Notes: generated from the sequence alone by a model not told the origin. A stretch of DNA of 64,000 nt from Vampirovibrionaceae bacterium NZW_1234 (GCA_041697335.1 JBGUGD010000023.1:96001-160000); one strand, 5' to 3'. Positions 51,237-61,776 are shown, counted from the first letter of the stretch. Made by a program: numbers and translations.

Positions 51237-52187
51237 ATGCGAATGTTGTTTCCCCCAATCGAGCCCTATAAAAGCTATTACTTTCCTGTGTCCGATGGGC
51301 ACCAGCTGTATGTGGAAGAGGTGGGAAATCCTGACGGAATTCCGGTGGTGTTTCTTCATGGCGGTCCAGGGGGCGGCTTCAGTCCGGATCATCGCCGTTT
51401 GTTTGATCCCGGTGCCTACCGCATTGTGCTTTTTGATCAACGAGGGGCGGGGAAGAGCAAGCCCCATGCCAGCCTGGAGGCCAATACGACGTGGCATCTG
51501 GTGGCCGATCTGGAGGCGTTGCGTCAATCGCTCAATATTTCGAAGTGGCTTGTCTTTGGCGGTTCATGGGGGAGTACTTTGGCACTGGCCTATGCCGAAA
51601 CTCATCCCGAGGCGGTATCCGGCTTGATTCTTCGGGGCATCTTTCTCTGTCGTCCTGAAGAGATTCGCTGGTTTTATCAGGAAGGGTGCAGCTGGATTTA
51701 CCCCGATTTATGGGAGGCCTATATTGCGCCGGTCCCCTCTTCCGAGCGGCATGACATGATACAGGCGTATTACCGGCTCCTGACGCATCCGGATGAAGCC
51801 ATTCGGCTGCAGGCGGCCAAAGCATGGAGTGTCTGGGAAGGCTCAACCTGCAAGCTGATCCCGAATGAGTCGGTGATTGCCAACTTTGAGGCCGATGCCC
51901 ATGCCTTGGCCATGGCTCGGATTGAGTGCCATTACTTTGTCAACAATGCCTTCTTTACGAAAGAGAATCAGTTACTGGCCGATGTGGATCGAATCCGCCA
52001 TATCCCGACCTGGATTGTCCATGGGCGTTACGATGTGGTCTGCCCGGCCAAAAATGCGTGGGATCTGCATCAGGTCTTTCCCGAAGCCCAGCTCCGGATT
52101 ATTTCGGATGCCGGCCATGCCTACAACGAACCGGGTATTCTAGAAGCCCTGCTAGAGGCGACTGAAACCTTCAGAACGTTAACTTAA
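51237..52187 (+). CDS. pip: Proline iminopeptidase
   Basis: HGGPGGG, FDQRGAGKS, GGSWGS nucleophile elbow, GRYD, AGH. Confidence 0.95.
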   Translation: MRMLFPPIEPYKSYYFPVSDGHQLYVEEVGNPDGIPVVFLHGGPGGGFSPDHRRLFDPGAYRIVLFDQRGAGKSKPHASLEANTTWHLVADLEALRQSLNISKWLVFGGSWGSTLALAYAETHPEAVSGLILRGIFLCRPEEIRWFYQEGCSWIYPDLWEAYIAPVPSSERHDMIQAYYRLLTHPDEAIRLQAAKAWSVWEGSTCKLIPNESVIANFEADAHALAMARIECHYFVNNAFFTKENQLLADVDRIRHIPTWIVHGRYDVVCPAKNAWDLHQVFPEAQLRIISDAGHAYNEPGILEALLEATETFRTLT

Positions 52188-52199
52188 CAAGACATCCAT

Positions 52200-52919
52200 T
52201 TAAGGCATCCCTGTAAGCGTATTTGGCCAGTCGGACGGCTTTTGGCCAATAGGAGCTGGCTTTGATGGTAGTGTCTGTCTTTTTTCCCAAATGTCATTGC
52301 CATCATTTAACGCTTTTTGAGCCGCTTGATATTCCGGGTGGTCTGGTTGGATTTTAAGATGATCTCCCAGAGGACTTAAACCGGGACGTACATAAGTGGC
52401 ATAGCGCCCATACAAGCTCCTTGGTGTGTTATTTTCCAGCGCATCAATTGCATTTGAATAGGTTAATCCACTAGGTGAAGAAGGTGCATTGAGGACTAGA
52501 TCAAACCCTGATTTTGCCATCGCCAGTCCAGCGCCACTTCGTCCCAGCATTCCGACACCTGTCCACCCAACATTCATGAGGTTTCCTGCTAAATCATTGT
52601 TAGGGATATCTGCTAATGTAGTGGCCAGACCAAGTGTCGTTCCTCGTTTTCCGGGAATAAAGTTTGCTACTGAACCCGCCAACGATATCAGTGATGGGCT
52701 AGAAGGTTCATCAAGTCGGGGTGGTTTTTCTGGGGCTTTCGAATCATTGGATACAGCGCTCGAGCGCGTTAATGCATCGGGATATAAGTTTGGCGGTTTG
52801 CCCATGGGCTTGTACAGAGGAGGCTGACTGAATGCTTCCCCGGGGATATTCGAATGTTTGCTTTTAAATACCGACGCACGACTGGGCGTGCAAATGGGGT
52901 CGGATAGGAATTCTGGCAT
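52200..52919 (-). CDS. Hypothetical protein
   Basis: 239 aa ORF with GGAGG SD. Confidence 0.6.
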   Translation of the reverse strand: MPEFLSDPICTPSRASVFKSKHSNIPGEAFSQPPLYKPMGKPPNLYPDALTRSSAVSNDSKAPEKPPRLDEPSSPSLISLAGSVANFIPGKRGTTLGLATTLADIPNNDLAGNLMNVGWTGVGMLGRSGAGLAMAKSGFDLVLNAPSSPSGLTYSNAIDALENNTPRSLYGRYATYVRPGLSPLGDHLKIQPDHPEYQAAQKALNDGNDIWEKRQTLPSKPAPIGQKPSDWPNTLTGMP

Positions 52920-53221
52920 GGATCAGAAAGCCTCCCATACGTAAAAGTGCCTATGTGTGCCAATGAACGACAATTTTAAAGATGATTTTAAAATCAACCG
53001 AGCGATAGTGATATAAAAAAATATTTTTCATTGTTTGTGCTGAATTCTACTTTAATATTTTATTAAAGCTTGATTCTGGAATTGGAAAATGCCCCCAACC
53101 TGACTGGTATTACCAGATTGGCGTGGGTTTATAAGATTCGTAATCACTTTTCTTCAGTGACATCTGTGATTCTGAAAGTCCACACCGAGGCAACCGAGGC
53201 TGTCAAACTGCGAAAGCCTGT

Positions 53222-54259
53222 TTAGTCGTCGATGAGCGGGTGGGTGCCGTACAGGTCCTGGTACTGGAAGTAGCCTTCCTTGGTGTAGAAGTTGGCAAAA
53301 GAGAGGCTCATACTGACCCCGATGGAGCGGACAAAGTGCCACCAGCCAATGGGGAGAAACAGGATTTCGCCAGGTTCCAGAATAAAGTCATAGACTTTGG
53401 CCCGAGCAAAGAGCGGGAATTTCTCCAAATCCACACCATGTTCCAGATCGACTTTGCTCAGAAAGTTTCGATACGGATAGACATTGGGCAGATAAATCGG
53501 TGAAACCATCTGGAAATGCTTTCGCCCATGAACCTGGCAATAAATGGCGTTGGCCAGGTCAAAATGCAGGTCGGTAATCGTTCCGGAAGGGCCGAATAGA
53601 AGATACCCATGAGGGTGATCGCCCTCGGGATCCAATAACTCGGGTAAAAACTCCACCTCCTGGTACAAATCCAGAATCGTGGTTTCGTTAAAATCCGTAT
53701 TGCTGTTGGTCATGTACCAGGAGTTGCTTTCGCCAGCGGAAATGGTGTCGACATACTCGGCCATGGTCATGTGGACATGGGATTTTTTAAAGTGTTCATC
53801 CATATGCACCACTTGGACTTCGCGCTCGCCATACTTGGATTTAAAGTATTCCGGCGACCAGTCCTGGAGGATTTTCCAGTGGGCGTTCATTTTCGTGAGA
53901 ATAATGGGGCGGTTGGTGCAGTGGTAATGTTTGTAAAACTCTTCTCGGGTAATCGTTTCCCGGCGTTCAATTTCTTCGAACTGGCCGGAATTCTCCGAAA
54001 GCATCTGGTAAAGACGCAGGAGCCAGTCCCGACGTTTCATCTGTCGGGCAAGCTTGGTGCCGGCAATGATATACGGATGCGTTGCAGCTTGTTCCACTTC
54101 TTTGGCAACGACGTCCTCATCAAAGCCCTGGGCAGTCATAAATTTAACAATGTCGGCGTCACTCACCTGCATCATCAGGCAATCGGCCATCCATTCCTTC
54201 CAATCGTCAGGGATGGATTTGAACGCGTCCGTCATTGGGGGGTCCCATCGTTGAGGCAC
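53222..54259 (-). CDS. JmjC/cupin_8 Fe(II)/2-oxoglutarate oxygenase with N-terminal helical domain
   Basis: TDLHFD...QVHGRK and LEPGEILFLPIGWWHFV give an HxD...H triad; start could be ATG 54235. Confidence 0.88.
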   Translation of the reverse strand: MPQRWDPPMTDAFKSIPDDWKEWMADCLMMQVSDADIVKFMTAQGFDEDVVAKEVEQAATHPYIIAGTKLARQMKRRDWLLRLYQMLSENSGQFEEIERRETITREEFYKHYHCTNRPIILTKMNAHWKILQDWSPEYFKSKYGEREVQVVHMDEHFKKSHVHMTMAEYVDTISAGESNSWYMTNSNTDFNETTILDLYQEVEFLPELLDPEGDHPHGYLLFGPSGTITDLHFDLANAIYCQVHGRKHFQMVSPIYLPNVYPYRNFLSKVDLEHGVDLEKFPLFARAKVYDFILEPGEILFLPIGWWHFVRSIGVSMSLSFANFYTKEGYFQYQDLYGTHPLIDD

Positions 54260-54325
54260 TCTAGGACCTATCCTAGGGAAATTCCCTCGAAAATGGCACC
54301 TTTAAATGAAGGATCTGCGGCCTGA

Positions 54326-54748
54326 TTATCGCCGCGTATTGAATTGGCCGAGTAATTTTGTCAGCATCTGAATCAAGTCCATCAATTGCTTGACCAGGTC
54401 ATTGGGTACCGGGTTCGGAGCCGGTGCGGGAGATGGTGTTGGGGCCGGGGTCGGTACGGGCGCCGGGGTTGGTACTGGAGCAGGGGTAGGTGCCGGTACG
54501 GGTGCTGGTGTAGGAACAGGAGCTGGAGAGGGCACCGGAACATCGATGGGCAGAATACCCATGGGGTGAATTTCCGGGGTCGGGTCTCTATCAACTGGTA
54601 GGATACCTAGCGGGCGTACGTCCGGATTTCTATCAATGGGAAGAATACCCATGGGGACAGCATACCCGGGTCCTGGTGTTCCCGTGGTTCCGTCAGGACG
54701 AAACCCAAGGGGGGCAGCTGGAATTTGTTTTGAATTCTGAACAGACAT
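54326..54748 (-). CDS. Repeat peptide, putative RiPP-like precursor (3x P(M/L)GILP(I/V)D, Pro-rich linker, amphipathic C-terminal helix)
   Basis: GGAG SD; repeats visible; co-oriented 66 nt upstream of the JmjC gene. Confidence 0.7.
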   Translation of the reverse strand: MSVQNSKQIPAAPLGFRPDGTTGTPGPGYAVPMGILPIDRNPDVRPLGILPVDRDPTPEIHPMGILPIDVPVPSPAPVPTPAPVPAPTPAPVPTPAPVPTPAPTPSPAPAPNPVPNDLVKQLMDLIQMLTKLLGQFNTRR

Positions 54749-54755
54749 AACACTT

Positions 54756-54780
54756 CTCCATAGACTCTCACTCTATGGAG
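54756..54780 (-). promoter_or_regulatory. 9 bp hairpin sequestering the SD
   Basis: Minus strand CTCCATAGA-gtgagag-TCTATGGAG-aagtgtt-ATG. Confidence 0.55.
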
Positions 54781-54838
54781 GCATGAAAACTTAAGTTTAT
54801 ATAAATATGATAGTTTGTTAAATTATGTTTATGGCTTT

Positions 54839-57604
54839 TTAATGAGATGATTTTTGTTTCTCCGCCAGTAAGGTCAAGCTTTTCTCTACGATTTCCTGAA
54901 CGTTGTTGGAGGTCACATGGTCTCGGATACGCTCAAGCTGAGCTTTCATCACGGCTTGGCGATGTGGATCGAATTTATGGGGGGCGGCTAGTCGCTTGGC
55001 CAGTCCAGCCGCCAGCATGGGGTTGAATTTATCGATATCAATAATTTGATCCGCCAGGAAGGTGTATCCAGAGCCGTCTTTCTGATGGAAATGAACCGTA
55101 TTGGCGCAAAATCCGCCAATTAAACTCCGAACACTATTGGGGTTCTTCGGATTATAAGCCGGATGATTCAGCAGCGCGTTGACTTCCGCTAACACATCAT
55201 GGCGATCGGCCATGGCCTGATCCGAGAACCATTGATCAATCGCCAGCTTATTGTTCTGATGTTTCTGGTAAAAAGCCGTAAGCCTTGTCGAACGGGTTTC
55301 CGTATCTCCATGATTCAGGATATGGCCCAAAGCAGAACGAGTGTCTGTCATATTATGATTTCGATCAAACTGTGCAATGGCGAGGGGAAGGTGTTTTGCC
55401 GGGTTACCTGCGATGAGGTAGGCCAGGGTCGCATTTTTAATCGCCCGTTCGCCCACATCCTTGACATTCCAATCATAAGGACGGGTTTCTGTAGACCGAT
55501 TCTCCTCAAAGCGTTGTAAGAGTAAGGGCTCCAGGGCTTGACCAATTGCCCTTTGGGTATGTTTGCGAGCGGCATAGAGGGCATCGATATCAACCTGACC
55601 GTCCGGGTAGAGTTCCGAGAGGTAGCTGATACTGGGTAATGCGAGGGCGCGAGCGGCCAGTGCCGGGTCCAGTGTCCTATCCTCGAGGACGCCCTGAAAT
55701 GCCTGAATTAAGCGGGAGTCCATTTGAAGGGACTGGCCTGACTGGTGAGCCTGAACCAACTCCTTTAAAACCTCGACAGCCAATGTCTGTCCGGCTTCCC
55801 ATCGATTAAAGCCGTCATTATCATGGGCCATCAAGAACATGAGTTGGTCTCGGCTATAGGGGTAGTCCAATTTCACTGGGGCTGACCAGTTTCGCAATAA
55901 CGAGGGTGTTGGCTTTTCAGGGACATTATGAAAGATGAATGTCTGTTCGTTCTCTTTTAAATTCAAGACATCGCCATTGGTCAGCAGATGGGCCTGGGAG
56001 GCATCGAGCTGGAGGGGGATATCGTCACCTTTGGCATTCAACAAGCCCACTCGAACCGGAATATGAAAGGGGGCTTTGGTGGGTTGCCCAGGTGTTGGCG
56101 GTGTCGATTGCCTGAGGGTTAAACGGTATTCTTTTTTATTCGGATCGTAGGCGTCGGTGACGAATAAGGTTGGGGTTCCCGCCTGGTTGTACCAGGTTTG
56201 CTGAAATTGACTCAGATCCACGCCGGAAGCATCTTCCATGGCGTTCACAAAATCTTCGCAGCTGACCGCCTGACCGTCATGACGCTCGAAGTAAAGGTCT
56301 GAACCTTTGCGGAAGGCCTTTTCCCCGATTAAAGTATGAATCATGCGGATGACTTCTGCCCCTTTTTCATACACGGTGGGGGTGTAGAAGTTTTCGATGG
56401 ACCCTACCGACGCAGGTCGAATGGGATGGGCCATAGCACCGGCATCTTCCGGGAATTGGACGGTCCGCATCCCGGTGACATCATCAATCCGTTTTACCGC
56501 ACGGGAGTTGAGATCCGAGGTGAACTCTGAGTCCCGAAATACGGTAAATCCTTCTTTCAAGGTCAAATCAAACCATTTTTGAAGCGTTACCCGGTTACCG
56601 GACCAATTGTGGAAGTACTCATGAGCAACGACCGCCTGAACGTATTCATATCGGGCATCAGTTGCCGTGTCGGGATCGGCCAATACGGCAGAGGAATTGA
56701 AAATATTCAGCCCCTTGTTTTCCATGGCTCCGAAATTGAAATCGCTGACCGCAACGATTTGAAAGAGGTCCAGGTCGTATTCACGGCCAAAACGCGCTTC
56801 ATCCCATTTCATGGCTTGCTTTGCCGCGGTCATGGCATGGGATAACTTGCTTTCATCGCCGTGATCGGAATAGATGCGAATGGTGACATCGCGACCGGAC
56901 ATTGTTTTAAACCGGTCCTCTTTCACGGCTAAATCGCCGGCGACAAACGCGAAAAGATAGGATGGCTTTTTGAACGGATCATGCCAGGTCATCGACTCGC
57001 GTCCATCCGGTAGGATGGTTCTGGGACCTGGATTGCCGTTGGACAAGAGATGGGGGTATTTGCCTTTGGGGGCAATTAGCGTTGTTGTATATTCACTCAT
57101 CACGTCGGGGCGATCCAAATAGAAGGTAATGTTGCGGAACCCTTCCGATTCACATTGGGTCGTAAACTTTCCCCCGGAGGTATACAGGCCGTTTAACGAG
57201 CGGTTTGCCTGAGGGTTGATGCGGGTTTTGATTTCCAGTTGAAAGGGCTTATCGGGCAGTTGCGTCAGCGTCAATGTCTCTTGGTCTCTGGAGTATCTCT
57301 CTGGTGAGAGTTCCTGGCCATTGAGCTTGATGCCCAATAACTCCATGGTTGGTGTTTCGGTCCCTTCCGGGGCTGTCTCAGGAGCGCCAACCAGCTGCAA
57401 TGTCTCAGAAGACGCCTTGGACTTGGGGTTGGGTTGAATGCTCAGTTTTGATGTGACCTCCACATGGTCTTCCGAATGAAGTTCAAAGACTAAATCCGTT
57501 TTGCTGATGAGGTGTGAAGGGGGGGTGTAGTCGTTAATATTGAGCTCTTTAAGCGGCTGTGCGCCGAAGAGGAGGGGGGCCTGTGTTGTGTTTTGGCTCG
57601 TCAT
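54839..57604 (-). CDS. pepN: Aminopeptidase N (M1)
   Basis: TQCESEGFR, GAMENKGLNIFN, HEYFHNWSGNRVT, VYEKGAEV; start re-assigned to ATG 57604. Confidence 0.95.
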   Translation of the reverse strand: MTSQNTTQAPLLFGAQPLKELNINDYTPPSHLISKTDLVFELHSEDHVEVTSKLSIQPNPKSKASSETLQLVGAPETAPEGTETPTMELLGIKLNGQELSPERYSRDQETLTLTQLPDKPFQLEIKTRINPQANRSLNGLYTSGGKFTTQCESEGFRNITFYLDRPDVMSEYTTTLIAPKGKYPHLLSNGNPGPRTILPDGRESMTWHDPFKKPSYLFAFVAGDLAVKEDRFKTMSGRDVTIRIYSDHGDESKLSHAMTAAKQAMKWDEARFGREYDLDLFQIVAVSDFNFGAMENKGLNIFNSSAVLADPDTATDARYEYVQAVVAHEYFHNWSGNRVTLQKWFDLTLKEGFTVFRDSEFTSDLNSRAVKRIDDVTGMRTVQFPEDAGAMAHPIRPASVGSIENFYTPTVYEKGAEVIRMIHTLIGEKAFRKGSDLYFERHDGQAVSCEDFVNAMEDASGVDLSQFQQTWYNQAGTPTLFVTDAYDPNKKEYRLTLRQSTPPTPGQPTKAPFHIPVRVGLLNAKGDDIPLQLDASQAHLLTNGDVLNLKENEQTFIFHNVPEKPTPSLLRNWSAPVKLDYPYSRDQLMFLMAHDNDGFNRWEAGQTLAVEVLKELVQAHQSGQSLQMDSRLIQAFQGVLEDRTLDPALAARALALPSISYLSELYPDGQVDIDALYAARKHTQRAIGQALEPLLLQRFEENRSTETRPYDWNVKDVGERAIKNATLAYLIAGNPAKHLPLAIAQFDRNHNMTDTRSALGHILNHGDTETRSTRLTAFYQKHQNNKLAIDQWFSDQAMADRHDVLAEVNALLNHPAYNPKNPNSVRSLIGGFCANTVHFHQKDGSGYTFLADQIIDIDKFNPMLAAGLAKRLAAPHKFDPHRQAVMKAQLERIRDHVTSNNVQEIVEKSLTLLAEKQKSSH

Positions 57605-58162
57605 CTTCTTGGAAATCCTTCTTTGAAACTGAGGCAACAGGGTAAATATGTCGGCTGCTGGTGGGCCTGGTGTCAGAGGTTTATCGGGGAGCGATGATTC
57701 ACCTAAGTGATTTGCGCCCTCTGACTTCCTATTAGTATAGCCTGATCTGAACCGGCCGAGGTTGGATCCTGTTATCTGAATCATGCGACGCATTCCCCCG
57801 TAATATGGCTTTGTTGGTCTCCCCTGGGACTGGGATATACGATACGGCGTCAACAATGTTTGTCAAATTAAATTAAAAAAACCTCTAATGTAGCCCCTGA
57901 TGGGCAATGAAATTCAGGCGATATCTTCCGTCGGTTTCCAGCCCTCAACCGAATTTATGTGCTCCTCAACTTTGGGTGACCGGATGGCCTCTTTGGAATT
58001 TCTTAATCATTGTAACTGTTTGTTAATAAATTAAATGAAATTATAAACAAGTTAGCATCAAAGATTAATTTTTTGTTTTTATACTTATGTGACATATACA
58101 GTGTGTTCTCAAACTAAGGTCGAAACGGTGTGAACCTAACGGTTTCTGGAGGTTAAACAAAA

Positions 58163-58384
58163 ATGGGCTTCTTTGATTCAGCAATTAACAACGCAGCAGT
58201 CAACAGCGGATTCGTTGCGCCTAAGTTTAACAACACGGTTAAAAAAGACAAGGAAGACAGCCCCAGCTTTGCCAAAAACATTCTGGGTGGCGCCTTAAGT
58301 AAATTTGATGCCAGCGCAGCTGTTTCTGACAGCCAACGGGTGAATGGCTTCAACTTCGGTTCCGGCAACAGCTTTATTGGCTAG
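58163..58384 (+). CDS. Small hypothetical protein (73 aa)
   Basis: GGAGG SD; AT-rich upstream promoter region. Confidence 0.65.
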   Translation: MGFFDSAINNAAVNSGFVAPKFNNTVKKDKEDSPSFAKNILGGALSKFDASAAVSDSQRVNGFNFGSGNSFIG

Positions 58385-58501
58385 TTTTTGGGTTGGATAA
58401 AACTAACTGCGTTGAATATGTAGGTTTCTAGGTTGAAATTATAACTGCGACAAATACACAGTTAAGCGTTTCTTTCGATGAAGTTTGTTGTTTCCTGAGC
58501 C

Positions 58502-58882
58502 TTAGTGGACAGAAACAGCTTCTTCCAATTGTGGTGCACTGACGGACTCTGGATGTGCTTTTTCAGTTTTAGCTGCTTTCGGCGAGCCATTTTGGTTTGC
58601 CGAAACTGCCACATGAAATTCTACGTGCAAGATAGAGCCCTTGGATGAGTGCTTTTGAACTTGTTTGGCTTCGGCTTGCAGGCTTTGACCAAGACCGTCC
58701 AGGTTGAACTTGCGAATTCCCCGAGCTAAGGCCAGGTCCAGTTCGTGTGTTTTCAATTGAATGGACAAGGGGGCGAAGTTCTTACCGTAAATGGTGGCCG
58801 GAACATAGCCGATGGCTCTGAGTTTGCGGGGAGTAATGGTGTTGTCACGCTCAAAGATTTTCAATGTTTCGAGGTTGGTCAT
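58502..58882 (-). CDS. rplY: 50S ribosomal protein L25 (short form with tail)
   Basis: RKLRAIGYVPATIYG, ILHVEF. Confidence 0.85.
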   Translation of the reverse strand: MTNLETLKIFERDNTITPRKLRAIGYVPATIYGKNFAPLSIQLKTHELDLALARGIRKFNLDGLGQSLQAEAKQVQKHSSKGSILHVEFHVAVSANQNGSPKAAKTEKAHPESVSAPQLEEAVSVH

Positions 58883-59069
58883 GGTTGAAATACTCCAGGG
58901 CTTGAATTATCGCGATAAGTAACCTGTATGGTGCCATAAACCCATGAAGGGCGTCAAGATTGTCTTCGAGTTCTGTCGTAGTCAAACCAAAGCGAAACAA
59001 AACCTGCCACCAAGGTTCATGCCGACGGCGAGTCTTGTTCCGCTTGTTACAGTGATTCAAATTAGCCGG

Positions 59070-60170
59070 TTAGAGAGCTGAAACCAGTTTTTTGGTCGAC
59101 TCAGCCTCTTTCACGGGCTTTTTTCTGGCAGCGTCAATCCTCCTCAATGCAAGCCGGTAAGCGGCTTCTTGAGTGGTGACGTTTTCCTCCCTCGCAACTT
59201 TGAATACTTCGAGCGCCTGTGAATAAATTCCCTCGGTCAATTCTCGGGCTTCATCAAAGGATTTGCCCTCGATTTCACAGGCGACCATGATTACCCCACC
59301 CGAATTAATGACATAATCCGGGGCATACAATATATCCCGCTCCTTTAATACTTGTCCGGCCTGGTCATCGACCAAAATATTGTTGGCCCCGCCTGCCACG
59401 ATATTGACGGGGATTTGCTCAGCCATACTCTGGCTGATAACGCCCCCGACGGCATTGGGCGAGAAGACCTCGGCCTCGATTTTAAACAGCTCGTCCAAAT
59501 TGGCCACCAGATTAATCTGCGGGTAATTGGCCTTGATTCGGAACATGGCCTCTTCGCTCACATCGGTGACCCACAGCTGGCAACCGGCTTTGTAGAGGTG
59601 ATCGATGAGCTTGGAGCCGACTTTACCGGCGCCTTGCATGGTAATTCTAAGGCCCGACAGATCGTCGGTGCCTAACCGCTCTTTTACGGCCGCCTTAAGA
59701 CCCATGAACACGCCCAGGGACGTTAAGATTGCCGAATCTCCCAATCCGCCATCGTCTTTGGCGAGGCCCGTAATCCACGGTGTAACCTCTCTCATCAGTT
59801 TCAGGTCCCGTGTATCCGAGCCGATATCCCCCGCTCCAATATAGGTTCCGTTTAATGCATTGATGCGTTGTGCCAGGGCACGGAGCAATTCCGGTGTTTT
59901 TTGAGCTGGGTCGTCCAGCATTACGACGGTTTTTCCGCCGCCCAGGTTCAGCCCGGCCATAGACGACTTGAAGGTCATGGCACGGCTCAGGCGCAAGACG
60001 TCGTCCAATGCTTCGCTTTCGGATGCGTACTGTTTCATGCGGCAGCCACCCAGGGCCGGGCCTAACGTGGTGTCATGAATCCCAATAATTGCACGCAAAC
60101 CGGATTCTTTGTCCGAGCAAAAGACAACCTGCTCATGATCAAATTCCTGAATAAGGTCAAAATACCCCAT
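59070..60170 (-). CDS. Leu/Phe/Val dehydrogenase
   Basis: IHDTTLGPALGGCR, GGGK, QGAGKVG, GGANN, YAPDYVINSGG. Confidence 0.92.
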   Translation of the reverse strand: MGYFDLIQEFDHEQVVFCSDKESGLRAIIGIHDTTLGPALGGCRMKQYASESEALDDVLRLSRAMTFKSSMAGLNLGGGKTVVMLDDPAQKTPELLRALAQRINALNGTYIGAGDIGSDTRDLKLMREVTPWITGLAKDDGGLGDSAILTSLGVFMGLKAAVKERLGTDDLSGLRITMQGAGKVGSKLIDHLYKAGCQLWVTDVSEEAMFRIKANYPQINLVANLDELFKIEAEVFSPNAVGGVISQSMAEQIPVNIVAGGANNILVDDQAGQVLKERDILYAPDYVINSGGVIMVACEIEGKSFDEARELTEGIYSQALEVFKVAREENVTTQEAAYRLALRRIDAARKKPVKEAESTKKLVSAL

Positions 60171-60212
60171 GCCTTCATCCTCAATATGTTGTTGATTCGT
60201 GAAATGTCCTAA

Positions 60213-60827
60213 TTAATAGAGGGTCGATGTAAGTGGTGAAGCGATATAGGTCGGTGTCAAGAGCAACACCAGACTTAAGTTATACAAATTATCTTCAGGC
60301 CATGGCAAGGCGTCAATCTTAGTGTACATGGTACCCCCCTGATTGGAGGCGAGTTCATCCCTGAGGGCCTTCAACTCTTCCAGTTCGTCTTTCATCCGGT
60401 TGAATTTTTCTTTCACTGCCTTGGCCCAGGGCTCAAAGGCACATCCCGGAGCAAATACAACATAGGGCGTATCCGGGTAGGCCCGGCAAAGTTCGGGTCT
60501 ATCTTCCCAAATCTGGCACTTGTTGTCCTCGCCGATGTAGCGACAGTGGTAAAACACAACGTCGTCCGGCGATTCAAATTCGTCCTGCTTTTCAGCGGCT
60601 TTTAATGTCTTGTCCACCAGGCCGGGAACCACGGCTCGGGCTTCATCGTGGGATGCGTAGGGGATAAAAATATTGAAAAAGTCTCTTGCAAACACATCCC
60701 CGTTGGCGGCTTTTTCCATCAATTTGGGAAACGGCGTACTGGGCGATGCGCCGCGACAGCAGCATCCCTGCATTTTGCAGGTCGGCAACGGAACTCCGGT
60801 GGCTTCTACCCATGATTCAGCGCTCAT
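60213..60827 (-). CDS. YkgJ-family Cys-cluster (Fe-S/Zn) protein
   Basis: CKMQGCCC and CRYIGEDNKCQIWEDRPELCRAYP. Confidence 0.85.
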   Translation of the reverse strand: MSAESWVEATGVPLPTCKMQGCCCRGASPSTPFPKLMEKAANGDVFARDFFNIFIPYASHDEARAVVPGLVDKTLKAAEKQDEFESPDDVVFYHCRYIGEDNKCQIWEDRPELCRAYPDTPYVVFAPGCAFEPWAKAVKEKFNRMKDELEELKALRDELASNQGGTMYTKIDALPWPEDNLYNLSLVLLLTPTYIASPLTSTLY

Positions 60828-61128
60828 AGTTTAAGCGTACTTCGTTTTTGGAAAAGGCAAACCCTCTAAAGAGTCGAGTATCGTTTCGGTATTTTGTCCG
60901 CCACAGGTGCCAGTGCAGGGGGTGACCCTGGATTCGCGAATTCAACGCTATAATTTTTTAAAGCGCACGCTGCGTCATGGATCCGATCAATTTTCACACG
61001 TCATTGTTTTCTCATGTCCTAATTCGGTCTTGGTTATTCTCCTTCTCTTCAATTTTTTCCTTGCTTGAGACGTCATTGTATTGTTCCTGATTGTTCCCCC
61101 ATTCAGGTCTGAAAGGATAGTCCCCTCT

Positions 61129-61776
61129 ATGAAGGTTCCACCACCCTCTGTTTTGCCGTTTCGTCCAACTGAACCGGTCGATTGTCGCGCCCTCCAGGCG
61201 GTATTTGATACCTATGGCCTTGATCTGACCGATGTTCTGATAGGGGCCTATGATCGTGAAAATCCGGTTAAAGTGGTTGCTGCCGAGTGTCTTCTCTCTC
61301 GCATGGCCATTTGCAGTGATGAACGCCTGCATGCCTACCGGAATGATGGGGATAATGCCACCCGTTATCGGCGTCATCCGTTGTCGGTGATGCAGAAAAT
61401 CCAGAAGGCCTTTATGCAAAAGGTCCGAGACATTAAGGTTCTGGCCCATGATGATTCGTCCCAAGCCAGTTTGGACCCCTCATCACAGTCCCCGTCCGTT
61501 ATGCTTATTCCCGCAGAGCATCCTGTAATGGTTCGTGCGGCCCAGTTTTTAAACACCTCGTTCCAGAAGCTGCTCCTGTTCCAGAGAACCATGTCCTTGC
61601 CCTATCTGAAGCAATCGTCGCCAAAGAAACCGCCGCCGCAAGATCCGATTGCCGCCCTGATTCGTTCGGCACCCAAACCCACGATGGATGAGGGCTTTCG
61701 AATCGGTGACAGTGTTTATCAGGGCTATGTAGTGCAAGATTGGATTGAAGGTTTTCACCAACCCAAAGAATCCTGA
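61129..61776 (+). CDS. Hypothetical protein
   Basis: AAGGA SD before ATG 61129. Confidence 0.55.
   Translation: MKVPPPSVLPFRPTEPVDCRALQAVFDTYGLDLTDVLIGAYDRENPVKVVAAECLLSRMAICSDERLHAYRNDGDNATRYRRHPLSVMQKIQKAFMQKVRDIKVLAHDDSSQASLDPSSQSPSVMLIPAEHPVMVRAAQFLNTSFQKLLLFQRTMSLPYLKQSSPKKPPPQDPIAALIRSAPKPTMDEGFRIGDSVYQGYVVQDWIEGFHQPKES

Noticed and set aside
54400..54540. PVPTPA repeats as a separate repeat element
   Set aside because: Ordinary low-complexity Pro-rich linker within the 54326-54748 ORF
57605..57856. 84 aa N-terminal extension of PepN, or a riboswitch in this leader
   Set aside because: A better start exists at ATG 57604; a GTCAGAGG...CCTCTGAC stem is present but matches no riboswitch consensus I can recognise
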